A stretch of 64,000 bases of DNA. It comes from the human T2T-CHM13v2.0 reference genome, Homo sapiens. Of the stretch, positions 12,716 through 25,290 are shown piece after piece. Under the pieces are notes generated by a model. It was not told where the DNA came from. It searched no databases and worked only from the letters and a program-made list of their open reading frames with translations. The translations under genes were made by a program, and so were the position numbers. The stretch lies in assembly GCF_009914755.1 (NCBI RefSeq), contig NC_060930.1; one strand, written 5' to 3'. How positions within the stretch are numbered: position 1 is the first letter of the stretch; each line of letters begins with the position of its first letter.

Positions 12716-12797
12716 CTTTTAGGGTGGCTTTCTTAAGGACCTTCATGGCGTAGAGCTGCCCAGCGTCGGACCCCTTCACCTTCCTCACCAGGAACAC
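12716..12797 (-). CDS. RPS6KA2: RSK3 coding exon, 82 nt, phase 0/1: [27 protein letters not shown] (beta-2/beta-3, catalytic Lys in YAMK)
   Basis: Minus strand reads ttttctcttgctaag|GTGTTCCTG...CTAAAAG|gtaaga. It lies within ORF 12675..12947 and continues in frame from the 20152-20268 exon. VKGSDAGQ is RSK3-type. Confidence 0.97.
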
Positions 12798-14309
12798 CTT
12801 AGCAAGAGAAAACGGAACATCAGAAACCCGTAAGACTTCAAACTCGCTTTCCATATTGGATTTGACAAGGGGATACACAAGGAAGTTTAGAGCATTTTCA
12901 ATAAAACAAGTACACTGGTGAGAATTTAAAATTTTCTCCAACGTCAAGGCTGCCGGAAAATGCTCTAAGTTCCTATAGCTCTGCGGCGAACATCACTATG
13001 TGCCTGTATGAAGAAGCGTCATTTGTTTTTGGTATCATTAACTTTGCATTTTATGCCAGAAATAATACCGCCCCTTGTTTTGAAGACCAGCTGTTTAGAA
13101 AAACAAACAGGAGTTTTAAGGGAGATCCTTTGGTTTGAGTATCCCTCTGTAAATCCTTACTGAGAGACCACGCTGAAAGGTATTACCAATCACACAAAAC
13201 AGGCTCTATCCGATTTTCAAGAAAAGCTACTTTCTCTTACTTCAACTGTCTTCACCCAAATTTTAGCTGTGAGTAGCTTAAGAGTTCCTTTCTAACTGGA
13301 TCTTAAATACACTTACGGATATTTGGCAATGCTTTCTGAAATACATTTTGATGTGTATCACTGAGAAAAACAACAAAAAAAGGTAATTGAGAGCTTGAGT
13401 TTAAATTTGTATTAGTGATTTTTTAACAAACTTAGTAAACAAAACTGGAGTTCCTTTGTATAAAAAAAAAAACTTCCATGCAAATTAAGAAAATAGTACT
13501 TGATTTTCCTAAAAGTGTTTTCCAATAGATGCAAATATCTGCTTGCATGATGGAGATGACACAGGCACACGGTGCACTGGTGTGGCTGCCCATGCAGTAT
13601 GGCTGGAGGGCCGAGGTAGGGTGGCTCCTTCCCAAAACGTCTCCTTTACTAAGCCTCAAAAAGCCAGAAAGACCAGCCACTATAGATGTTCTAGTTCCAT
13701 GGAAACTCCAGGTGGCCCAAGTGAGCATCCGTGTGGAGCAGCAGCCTCACCTGCCATGGGCAGAGGGACATGGCTGGGACCTTTGCACTCTTGGCTCCCC
13801 CCCAAGACTGGAGGGGCAACGTCTAGACACTTACCGAGTGCAGGGGCTCTAGGAGCAGGGGCTGCTAGGGCAGCCCAACTGGAGGGAGACCAACCAGCGT
13901 CTATTCTAGAGGCACAAATAAAGAGGGACCGGGAAGACGCAAGGTCCCAGCACAGGCATGTGGATTCACGGAGTTGCTGTATCAGTGTCACGCTCTCACC
14001 ATGTGCCCCTGAAGTGATTCCGGACCCCACTGCTGCCCTGCCATCTGTCCCGATCACTGTCATTATTGAATCACAGCCCCTCCCCAGGTGGGGACTCTTC
14101 TAGATGACGCCCATGGGAAAGCACCCCAGCACCCCTACCCGGGGTGCAGGACGGTACAGCATCATCCTGTGTGATGAAATGCTGCCTCTCGGACCCGATT
14201 AGGTCCCAAGAAGTCACAGGCAATTAGAAAGAGGCTTCCCTCTTCCCCTGGGTTATAGACTATACCATCACCGACAGTTAATATTCATCTCTGGGAGATG
14301 TGTGGAGTG

Positions 14310-14350
14310 TGAGAGAGAGAGAGAGAGAGTGTGTGTGTGTGTGTGTGTGT
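14310..14350. repeat. (GA)n(GT)n compound microsatellite
   Basis: Directly visible. Confidence 0.95.
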
Positions 14351-15284
14351 CCCCAAAGCTGGATAAACAAGCTTGTGGTGAAGCCCTGGGGCGATAGCTG
14401 GGGCATCACCCTTACGCACACTGTGGTGGGAGACACAGGCACAAGCCCTTCTCCGGGCTCAGGATCCCATGGCTCTTGCTGGCAGACCCACTGTAGCCCT
14501 GGAAGTTACTGCACATGGAAGGACTCTGCCTCAGGGTGTTCCCTCTGTGCAGTGGGCGAGCTTCCTGACAGGCAGGTAGAGATGTGAAGGCAGTGGTCTG
14601 AGGACAGGATTTTTACAGAGAGAAAAACATTAGTGCTTAACTCTTGAGATCTTCTGCTTTGAATCACGGGAAAGTCACATGCCATGCACAGTTTTAGCTT
14701 CCATCTGATGCAACTCCTTTCATTTCTCCAGCCCGTCCGTGTGCCTAATGTCCCTAGGTTGACTTGATGAGTGGTGCTGTGGAGATCAGGACCAGCCAGG
14801 ACAGTGCAGGGAGGAGGCAGGCGCAGCCCAGGAGTCCAGGAGCTGGGCAAGGCTGCGTGAGCGTCCCGGTGCCGGAGAGGCCGCACTGGCAGAGAGGAAC
14901 CTGGGTCCCAAAAAAGTCGGAGGGGGTGTGGAACAAGGGACAGTTGTGTTTGTGGCAGGGACGCCACATTTCCCCGGCATCCTGCAGGTAAGTTGGGCAG
15001 TGACACCAGCAAGGGCAGGGGTGTGCCTTCCTGGCCTAGGCAATGAAGAGCAGGTGCAAAACGTTCCAGCTGCCACTCCCTGCTGTGGCAACTGAGGACA
15101 CCTGGTGCAGGACAAACCGGGCAGCCTGGTCACTGAGTCACTGTGTGGAGGATGGAAGCCTTGGGTGGTTGCTCCAGCCCATGGTGGACTTTGGTAGGGT
15201 GACAGATGAATCTATCCATTCCATTGCGGCGAAGCTGACATGTTAGCTCCCAAAATAAGGCATTCTTATAATCAGAAAACAAAG

Positions 15285-15838
15285 GGCCAGGTTCAGTGGC
15301 TCACACCTGTAATCCAGCACATTGGGAGGCTGAGACAGAAGGATCTCTTGAGGCCAAGAATTTGCAACCAGCCTGGGCAGCATAGCAAAACCCCAGGTCT
15401 AGTAAAAATAAAAATAAAAATTAGGGCTGGGTGCGGTGGCTCACGCCTGTAATCCCAGCACTTTGGGAGGCCGAGGCGGGCGGATCACGAGGTCAGGAGA
15501 TTGAGACCATTCTGGTTAACATGGTGAAACTCCGTCTCTACTAAAAATACAAAAAATTAGCCAGGCGCTGTGGCAGGCGCCTGTAGTCTCAGCTACTCGA
15601 GAGGCTGAGGCAGGAGAATGGTGTGAACCCGGGAGGCGGAGCTTGCAGTGAGCCGAGATTCAGCCACTGCAGTCCGGCCTGGGCGAAACAGCGAGACTCT
15701 GTCTCAAAAAAAAAAAAAAAAAAAAAAAAAGAAAGAAAAAATAAAAATTAGTTGAGTGTGGTGGTTGGTGGTGCGTGCCTGTAGGCCCAGCTATCCGGGA
15801 GGCTGAGGCAGGAGGATCGCTTGAGCCCAGGAGTTTGC
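15285..15838 (+). mobile_element. AluJ-type element interrupted in its central A-rich linker by an AluY
   Basis: Left arm 15285-15424 and truncated right arm 15752-15838 (GGAGGATCGCTTGAGCCCAGG, J-type). Confidence 0.85.
15425..15736 (+). mobile_element. AluY (nested insertion)
   Basis: GGATCACGAGGTCAGGAGAT and GAACCCGGGAGGCGGAGCTTGCAG diagnostics. 15-bp TSD AAAAATAAAAATTAG at 15410-15424 and 15737-15751. Confidence 0.95.
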
Positions 15839-18800
15839 AAACAACAAGCTCCCTCTTTCAAAATGGGAGGACCCTGAAGAAAAAGGAAGCAAGGTACATG
15901 ACGGATTTGTGTTTGGACGGTGCAGCCTTCACAATATCCTGAGTGGGTCCGTACTTTCAATACCTCTGCACTCAACCCCTAACCCATAAGAAGTACGACC
16001 GTATAAACTCAAAGAGCAGAGGAAGCCCCATTCCACTCAAGTCTGAACTGGAGACCAAGTCCACATGGGGCAGCTGCCAGTTAAGATTTGGTTTAAATGA
16101 TGTCAAGTTTTGCATAGGTCTTGACACATGAAACTTTTCTCTCTCGTATGTTAGGCCTTAAAGATGAGATGACTGATGGTCGTGGCTAATGTTCATACTT
16201 ATCTGTTTTGAAGAGAGAACCATACTTTTGCTTTTTAAAAGAATGGAAAAAACTCCATCCTACCAATGTCTGCCAAGCTTCTCTGTGGGGCCAGGTACTG
16301 CGAATTCCTGCAGCAGGTGCTGCCTGACTCGCAAGCACAGGACCCAGTGGAGGGGAACGGCACCTTGAGACGAGCAGCAAAATACAGCAAAAATGCAAAA
16401 ATGATTTTGGTAACGAGTGTGGCAACTTGCTGGTCTGCGACAGGGATCTTGACCCTTGGGTGCCGTGCAGTTCCCTCTCCCTCTCTGCTGTCATTCTTGT
16501 CACTGAAGATCAATTTTAATGTAGTGGAATAAGCTCCAAAACAACACTGTAACCTCGAGCTAACGCAGGCACTGTGTCTTTAATACTCAACCCAGTGGGC
16601 GCTGTGTGTGCCCCCTCATTTCATTTTTAGAACTGCCTCTCCAGCAGCTTGGCGTGCTGCATTGCAAAGATGCTGTGAGAACCGCGACCTGGCAACAGGT
16701 GCGATGTCACTCTGAACTGCCTCATGATGTCATGGATCACCGTGATCTGCTGATTCTCTCAGCAGAATTCTCAGCTCTCTCTCAGAACTGGAGGGTTTCT
16801 ATTGGGCTGCAAAATCCTTCAAGCAGGAGCTAAATGCCCATGTGCACTTCCAGGGACTTTTGAGTAACAGCCACCCCCAAAAGGAAGACATTTAAAGACA
16901 TGTTCTTATCATGCTACCAGCAAAGTCAGAGAAAGCAAGGATTTTTAAAAAACTTTGGTTTGGTTCCTTTTTCGAATGCAGGAATCATAACCTACAGTTC
17001 ATTCTCCAGAATATTTTAAAGGAAAAGAGGTTTCCTATCCTACTCCTGGCACTTATGCGAATAGGGGAGCTCCAGGAGCAGGTGAGGAGGTGGGACCAGG
17101 GCAAAGCCACTTTCCCAGCCCCGGGGTGGTTCCCACACCTCCCTCCTCTAAGCTCGCAGGGAACACTGGGTCTGCACCCCTCCTTTCAACACTGAACAAG
17201 CTTCACCATCTTTCATTGCTTTCCTGATTCAAGCTTTAAATTGCTTTTCATTTTGAGGATAAGGCTGTTTTCTGTGCTTTTCTCTGGTCCCAAGCACCAC
17301 CCATGGCCCTGCTCTCTAGATAGCGATGAAATCATGATGGCTTCGCCTTGCAGGACTGAGCTCAGAGCTCATAGACGCTTCCCGCTGGTGGTGAGTGCAG
17401 CTTCTCCCACAGGAACAAGCTTATTCCGGCTGACCAGGTGAAGAGCAGCGGCTTCGGAGAGCCTAAGCGGCTCACACAGGCAGGCAATGGGACAAGTCAC
17501 TCGGATGGCTCCTGGTGCAGTCTGAGGTCAGGAGCTGGCACCAGTGCAAAAAGTCTAAAGGGAAGAAACTGCATGTCATCCATTTCTGCATCTCCAATGT
17601 CATCATTAAATAAGAGAGAAAGAATGGAGTGGCTCAGTGACAGGCAACTATGAGCCCTGTTGAAGGACTCGGCTCCCAGGCAAGGCCTGTCCCGGGACAC
17701 TGCGTCCAGATTCACACCAGGTCTTTGCTCTTTGGAGCGGAGGCAGGAGGTGGAAACCTGAAGAACAGGTGCTTTCTGCAGAATGAGAACATTCAGTGTT
17801 GTCCTTCTGTCCCTGGTAGGTGCAAAAGGGAAGATGACTCTTGCATAAGGTTGTGTTATTTGCATGTAGAGAGGAGGAATACAGTAACGTGGGGCATTAG
17901 AACACACGGCTTCTCCCCCTCGTCATCAGTTTTGCTTAAATTAAAAAAACTCACCACAAACAAACCTATGTGGACAAATACAATTTGTATCTGTGACTCT
18001 CTAGTGACGATATTAGCTCCAACCTTCCCTGGAAATGTCTGAGCAACGCTTTTGAGAATAGTATCTCTTCTTTCCAGAGTCCAGCTCGCATTAATCCACG
18101 AAGCGGACCTAAGCCTCCCTTCCCACGCCAGCCCCAGCCTGGACCTCCTGCCCCGCCCCTCACACCAGCTCTGGACAGGCATTACTGGAGCTGGCCCATT
18201 CCGTAATCCCTGGAGGTCAGACACCCATGGGCGCTGCCACTGCCTCATCCTTCTCTTTCCCCTACCTACTACTGTTCTTGAAACTTTACGTTTTAATTCC
18301 TCATATAATAAAGACACAAGTAAAGATAAAATTAGAAGTGGTGAAAGGCTGGGAAGGAAAGGGACAGAGTGTTATGAGCATTATCATTCCAACGGGATTC
18401 TGCCAAACACCATGATTTCACTTGTTTTCCAAAACATGTTTTTTTAAAGCAAAATTAAAATTCAAAATTTGAAATCTGAACGAGGGAGCTGGAAAAGCCT
18501 TTCTCCTTTCATCTTTAATACCCCAGTTCTGTGAGGAGGACATTGGTAAGATTCACTCTGTAACAGAATTGGTCAACCAAAGCCCTCCAGACACTTCCTG
18601 GGCCTCCGCCATGGGATGTATTCCAGCGCTCCTTCCCTCCAGATAAAGACGATTCGGCTGATTCTGTGCTTCCACAGGTGGAATCTGTTCTCAAGAAACA
18701 ATGCATGGGCAACACCCTTGAAAGGTGGAAAAAGGAAAGAATGCTTGCTTGTCTCTGTTTTCAAATCATGGAGAAAATTATTCTCCTCTCTCTTTTTTCT

Positions 18801-19033
18801 CTACATTTCTAATTAATAGTGAGGCATTCCACTGTCACATTACGCAGGCTCTGCCTTCTGTGATTTTGTGCTTTTTGGTAATGGCTATTAACATCGTGAG
18901 AAACTGAAATCTTCATCCCCCTATTTCATAAACACCATATCAACTAGCCATATTAAATAGACATTTTTGTAGGCCCAAAATATTGCTGGTAATTTCCTAT
19001 GGTTTAATCTAACGTATAAAAATTTTACAAACA

Positions 19034-19143
19034 ATCCAGTTCATGCGGACTGTAGGATTATCCAGAACACCGATGTACTATTCATTCCATCCAGTTCATG
19101 CGGACTGTAGGATTATCCAGAACACTAATGTACTATTCATTCT
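19034..19143. repeat. 55-bp tandem duplication (2 copies)
   Basis: ATCCAGTTCATGCGGACTGTAGGATTATCCAGAACAC... at 19034 and 19089, about 3 mismatches. Confidence 0.95.
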
Positions 19144-20151
19144 ACACTTAAATTAACAGCAGCCACATGCATTTTGGCACAAAGTCATGTGAAGAATGCA
19201 AAGATTTGGTAAATGTCTACATACCACACAAAAATAGTTACTTTAAAGAGCCAGGCTGTTCTGCTTACATGTAAGGAACGGTTGGCTTCATGGTTTATTT
19301 CAGGCCCTTATGTTCTAGAAATCAAGTTGTCAGAGCCTATATATTTCTAACAGCTAACCCAAGGAGGCAGAGAAATCAGCATTGTGCTGGAGTAAGTCAC
19401 GTGTCATCATAATTGAAAAGCGTTATTGACATCTTGTTGTATGTGGACGTGGCATTAAATGAAGAGCCAACTATTTCTCATTTCCTGAAAGAAATTAGCT
19501 TTTATTGCTGCAATTTGAAGGTGACAAAAAAGGGAAATGAACAATTCCACTGCACAAATACATCTTAGGCACCTGCTGGGTGGGATTCGTGCCCTATTTA
19601 CTCCATGGAACAACTGTATAAAGTAGGTTTTATCCTTTCCATTTAGTGGGTGGGGAAGCTGAGGCTTCATGAGGCAATCGTGCAGGGTGAGGAGGGGAGC
19701 CGGCTGCAGACCCTAGCCTTCCTGGCTCCTGTGCCCAATCCAGAGGAATGGATTCTTTTCTTTTCTTTATTCTTTTTTTCCTTGTTCTCTTATTTTTTTC
19801 TTTCTTTGGGGAAAACAGCTGCTAGAATGCACTTTCAAAGATACATTGGCTCAGGTCAATAACCTTCCTCACCTTGGTGATGATTTACCAAGAGCCAAGG
19901 GAGGCTCTAGAGAGAAGGCAAAAGTGCATGTGACGGCTCCAACGGCATTTTGTTCTCACCTGGCACAGCCCAGCCCTGTGCCACTGGAATTCTGGCTGTG
20001 CAAAGTGAGACCCCGGTTCTGAACTGTCCAGGTTCCCGTGATCGCAGCCCTGCAGGTGAGGACCGCCTGCAATTTTCATCCAGGGGGGCTCTGTCCAGGT
20101 GTCCTTTGTGTTCAGGAATGAGACTCAAGAGACAGCCAGGGCTGAACTTAC

Positions 20152-20268
20152 CTTTCCATAGGATCCTTGTCCTAAAACCTTCAGCAGCTCAAACTGGGAA
20201 GGATCTGCCTTCTCAAAGCCCTCCTTCACATGATGGCTGATGTCTATCTCCTTCACGACACCTTCTTC
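20152..20268 (-). CDS. RPS6KA2: RSK3 coding exon, 117 nt, phase 0/0: [39 protein letters not shown] (kinase subdomain I, GxGxxG)
   Basis: Minus strand reads ctctcttgcag|GAAGAAGGT...TATGGAAAG|gtaagt, with canonical AG/GT. 39 codons match the RSK3 sequence. Missed by the ORF track. Confidence 0.97.
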
Positions 20269-20411
20269 CTGCAAGAGAGCGGCACGGGTGAGAAACACAC
20301 CGCGAGGAGTCCCTCAGAGCCGCTCACAGCTTCCTCCTCCCCTGAGTTTACCACGAGCTGGGTCTGTTACAGATTTTAGCGCTGGAGTTTGAAAGTGGAG
20401 ACACCATTTAG

Positions 20412-20701
<290 letters not shown>

Positions 20702-23700
20702 CATTTAGTTTTATGGAATCAACTTGGTGATGTGTGTGGTTATTGTGTGCACCCTGTGGGCCTTCATGGTTTCTTTTCTCCATGGACTTTTGTCATTTGG
20801 TCTTACCAAGGCCTCCGAAAAATCTAAGGGTACTCTCAATGAAATCCATTCTGCTCTTTAACAGTCTGGGCAGAAGTTCTGGTACGATGAATATAGCAAC
20901 TATGGAACAAAATGACAGCAAAAGCATATTGACGGGTTCCTAGATGGAGAAGTGGTCTGGAAAATGCAGACGGCTTATCCTCCTTCTCCTTCTGATTCAC
21001 GCTATCCCTGGTATGTTTGTCAAAGCTAATGTAAAGAACACGTCATTGCCATCCTATAGATTATATTTCAGAAGAAGCAGTCAGGTAAGATTTGCCACCA
21101 GCCCAGAAAGCAAGATTTCCCTGTAGGAGAAAGAGTCTATAAGTGAAAACACTGACAGAAAACACTACAAATTTTCACCCCAGAGCTTCCTGTCCCCAGA
21201 GTCACATGACTTCCCTTGTAAAGGGGTAGGCCATCTGCCCAAGTGCCAGGCCCTGGAAATGGAACACTGGAAAGGAGGTGTTTCTCCCAACATGAGACAT
21301 TCGAGCCCAACTGTTCCTTGAATTTATCTCTGCATTTCTCTGAGATTTCTGTTCCACTATCTATACATTCGTACACCCCTTTCTACAGTTTTAGCTCGGG
21401 GTGAGGGGCTGAAAAACTTCAGAAACTGCTGGCTAAAATGCGCATCCAAAAACAGCAACCAGGAATTGTATGCATAGTGTGCTCTGGGAACCAGGGGCCT
21501 CTCATTCCTCATTGCTTCTTTTCATGAAGAAACTGTGAAGTGGAGATTTTCTCCTGAGACTCAGATTACACATTAATAGCTGGAAGTGATAGAGGTGGGC
21601 TTCTCATCAAGGACTGACTTCGAAGCCAAGTACTTCCACCCTCTGTTTTACTCTAAGAGTGAAGACTTCCAAATGAAATCACAATAGCAATAACGTACAT
21701 GACGATGTTTGAAAAATTCAGTTTCTCAAAACGGTTACTTATAAATCTTGCTATTTTACCTCCATGTCACAAATAGAGGCACATGTAAAAGCAGATAAGG
21801 TGTCTGAGCCGTGGAAACTCACAGCGGATTAGAGGCCTATGCAGTTATCCATGGCTTTTCCATTCTCAGTTAAAGGAAACACTTTCGTCTCCATATCTTC
21901 AAGGATGATTTGCTATTTTTGTAAAAACAGTGGTTTTTTTTGTTTGTTTGGGAAAACAATGAGTATAGCCAAAATTGACTCTGTTTAATCCATCCTGAAG
22001 TTCATATGAGTGCAGTTGGAAGATACAGAATTACAATTTTGTTGCTTCATAATTACTTCTTGAATGAGTAAGTAAAAATGCTAGAGGCACAGCCCAGCCA
22101 ATGGGCATTATATTTAGATGCTAATTTGTGAGGGGACATCACATTTTAAGCCCTTCCTCCCTTCACAGCACAGGCTTACTAGAATTGCAGGACCATGCTA
22201 GCCACCCGAGACTGTGCAGCTTTTGTGGTGAAATCTCCTGGTTTATGGAAAGGGACAGAAAAAAATGAGGCCCTCAGGGATCCACGTGTGTCACTGCCTG
22301 TGAGAACCACTACCTTCCACGCGGCTGCTGGAGGTGGCTTCCTGCACAAAAAACAAAGGCAGGAGCCCAAGTTCAAAAAAATTCATCATGGAAACATGTA
22401 TGCTATCTTTTCCCGTCATTGACCTACTAAAGGAAGAAAGAAATTGCAGACGATTTGTCATTTAAAGAACAACAAAATACTCCTCTTCTGTTACTAAAAC
22501 ACTGTCCTCGCAATGGGTCCATTAACATCCTCTACCTACAGGACTAGCACGCGCATGAGTCATCCAAACCCCAGCCTCCCTCCCAAAATAGCTCCCATCA
22601 TGCAGCTGTGTTAATGCGACGCCCACACTATGAAAAAAGGAATCACCACCAAAGCACACCCTTCTGTGACTTCATTTTGGTAACGAGAGCATGGCAACGG
22701 CCACACTGCAGAACAGAAAGTAAAATTCAACACCGCCCAGAGGTGTGGGGCAGGCGAGGCACGAGCTGGCCAGGGAGGCTTCACACTGCAGCCACCACCC
22801 TTTCCTGGGGCACGTTTCCCAGCCCTTGTGTATGTTTCCTAAAGATTTCCAGTTCCTTCCTTTTTCTTCAGCAGCTCTTTGTGGAGGGTCTGAGACCCAC
22901 AGCTGTGGTGAATGAGCTCATGCAGTCCCATGGGTCCTGGTCCCCTTCACTGCCTTTGTGGGACATGCCTTTGTGGGACTAGGCTCTGAAGCGAGAGTGA
23001 CAGCATCCGGGCTACTTGGATGCCACCTGGCCATGGACGCTGGCACCTCAGAATTCCCATGGGTGTTCCCCTGCTCCCAGTCAGCCCGTTTTTTAGGCTG
23101 GCTTCACGCCTTCCTCAGCACTTCCAAATTGCCATCCCCTGTTGCCTCCCGCCTCCCCGGTCCATGCCACACCCCCACCTCCGTTGCAGAAGTTCACCTT
23201 CTTTAGTCATTTCTGTAACGTTTCGAATCAAAGCCTTCGACGCAGATATCTCATAACATTTCAAATTTTGTGCAGATTCTTTCTGTCAAAGTATTGAGAG
23301 CAAATGTACCTGAAGTACACACATAATTTCATCTCCTAAAATGACATGAAAAACGCCAGCTTTCTTCCCTAATAATATTGCGATAGAGTTCACTTCTCAT
23401 TTCAAATCAGTAAGGTTTTTAACCGCAAAGCATCTGAGGCGTCAATGGAAAAAAATCCCCAAGAGCATCACCTTTCAGACTTCAGAGTTCTGCCTTCACA
23501 GTGACATTTTAGCTTGAACTTGCTGGAGGATGCTTAACTTTCTTTTTCACTTTCCCCAAAACGAAAACAAAACAAAACGAACAAAGATCTGGTGTTCCAT
23601 GGACTCGGCGCGCACTCTGGGGTCTGTGTGAATAGGAAACAGCCAGATGAAGCCCCAGCACCATACTCCCGGGCACTGCTGATAACGACCCTCTCTGGAC

Positions 23701-24794
23701 AGCCCTGGTTTCTGGATCCCTTCATGACAACCGCCCTAAGGGGCAACTAGCATGAAAATGTTACTCACATTTCATTTTGAAATATGTGCCTTTTCTGTTT
23801 TATGAAGCAGGTAATTTTATCTAGAGCTTGATGAGGATTTGCATGCAATGCCTTAGGAAGATCAAGTCTGTTCCTGAATCGGCTGCATCCATGGCAGGAG
23901 CATGTGGTTTCCAGCACAGCTACTGTAAACAGTATTTTTAAAGCTAACTTGAGAGCTTTGGGAGGAGGAGCTGGGACGGTGATCAGGTGCTAGCTCCATA
24001 AGCAACAATTCCAAACATTTTGTAACGTAAGAAAGAAAAACTAGAGGTATAAACTGTTTAAATGATGTTTGAATGTGACAAATTGTGACAAGGAATTTTT
24101 AAAATTCCTGCAGAACTGCACTCAAAATTCCAATGACTGCAGGAAGTCCCGGGCAGGTATTTCAGCAGCTGCTGGGAGCGGCTGGGAAGTGGGAGTGACA
24201 GGGAGAAAGATGAGGGCGGTTGGCCACTGGCTCTGCATGCCTCTCTCTGGGCCAAAGTCGCCTTCTTAGGTCATTTCCTCTGCTCTGAATCACCTGCTCT
24301 TCATGTCATTAAAGGGATAATATTTATAAAAAGTGCAAATTAAAAGTTGTGGAATATTAATGATAAGGACATAGGAAACAAAATAGGCAAGGGTTCACCT
24401 CATTTCCAAAAAAGGAGAGAGGTCATTCTATAAATCGCAGATTCACATGTAGGATATTAATTTCCAGAATAATAACAGAATATATTATTACACAGGTGGT
24501 TTATGAAAATGTGGAAAAGAACGTATCTCCAACTCACAGGTCCCATCAAGCCAGCACTGTTCTGCTGCTGACGGCATGAACTCATGAGCAGGTGGACAAG
24601 AGCCTGGCTTTGAGGGCAGCTTTGGTGGAGTCCCTCCTGAATCCCAGGTGACAAAGAGGCTGGCATCATATAAACGCTTAATGACAGAGTACCACATCGC
24701 AAGTCATTCTCTCAAGGCACAGAACCCGGACACACCTGCCCAGGAACAGTATCGTGTCCTGGAGGTTCTGAACGTATGAATGTTCTATGTTGCC

Positions 24795-25290
24795 CACCTG
24801 CTTCAGAATCACCCCAAGGAACTTGTTAAAATGCAGATTCCAGGCCCTGGGCAAGGCCTTCTTGGTCTGGAATCTCTAAACTTGGCTTCGTCTAGAATCT
24901 GACTTTCATTATCTCACCAAAGGTGCCCTTCTCAAGCCATCCAAATCTTACCCATTGCTAAATCGAGTGGCTAAATTTCCATCCTCCATAGCACTGGGCA
25001 TGGCTATTCACTCCCTCTCACTTGAAACACTCTCTTCACCTGGATTCCAGTACATCCTACTCCCCTGGGTTCGCTCCCACCTCCCCCTCTTTCTGTGTCT
25101 GCCAAGGTCACCTTTCCCCTGGGCACAGTCCCTGGCCTTTTGTCTCCATGTAGTTACCCCCTTGGAACCTCGTCCTGTCTCCGGGCTTTATAAACCATGT
25201 GAATAAACACTGACAACTCTCAAATCTCAATCTCCAGCAGGGGCTGCTCCCAGAGGTCCAGTTCTAGAGGCCCATCCATCACAGGCAACT
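24795..25290. mobile_element. MER5-like fragment followed by an L2 fragment
   Basis: TCAGAATCACC...CTTGTTAAAATGCAGATTCC (MER5), then CTCCCTCTCACTTGAAACACTCTCTTCACCTGG...CTCTCAAATCTCAATCTCCAGC (L2). Confidence 0.55.

Noticed and set aside
12675-12947. 90-aa ORF as a standalone gene
   Set aside because: Only 12716-12797 is kinase sequence bounded by splice sites; the rest is intron read-through.
15425-15736. Exonisation of the antisense AluY (poly-U plus GAGACAG acceptor)
   Set aside because: The usual right-arm donor position reads CAG|GCGCCT, with no GT.
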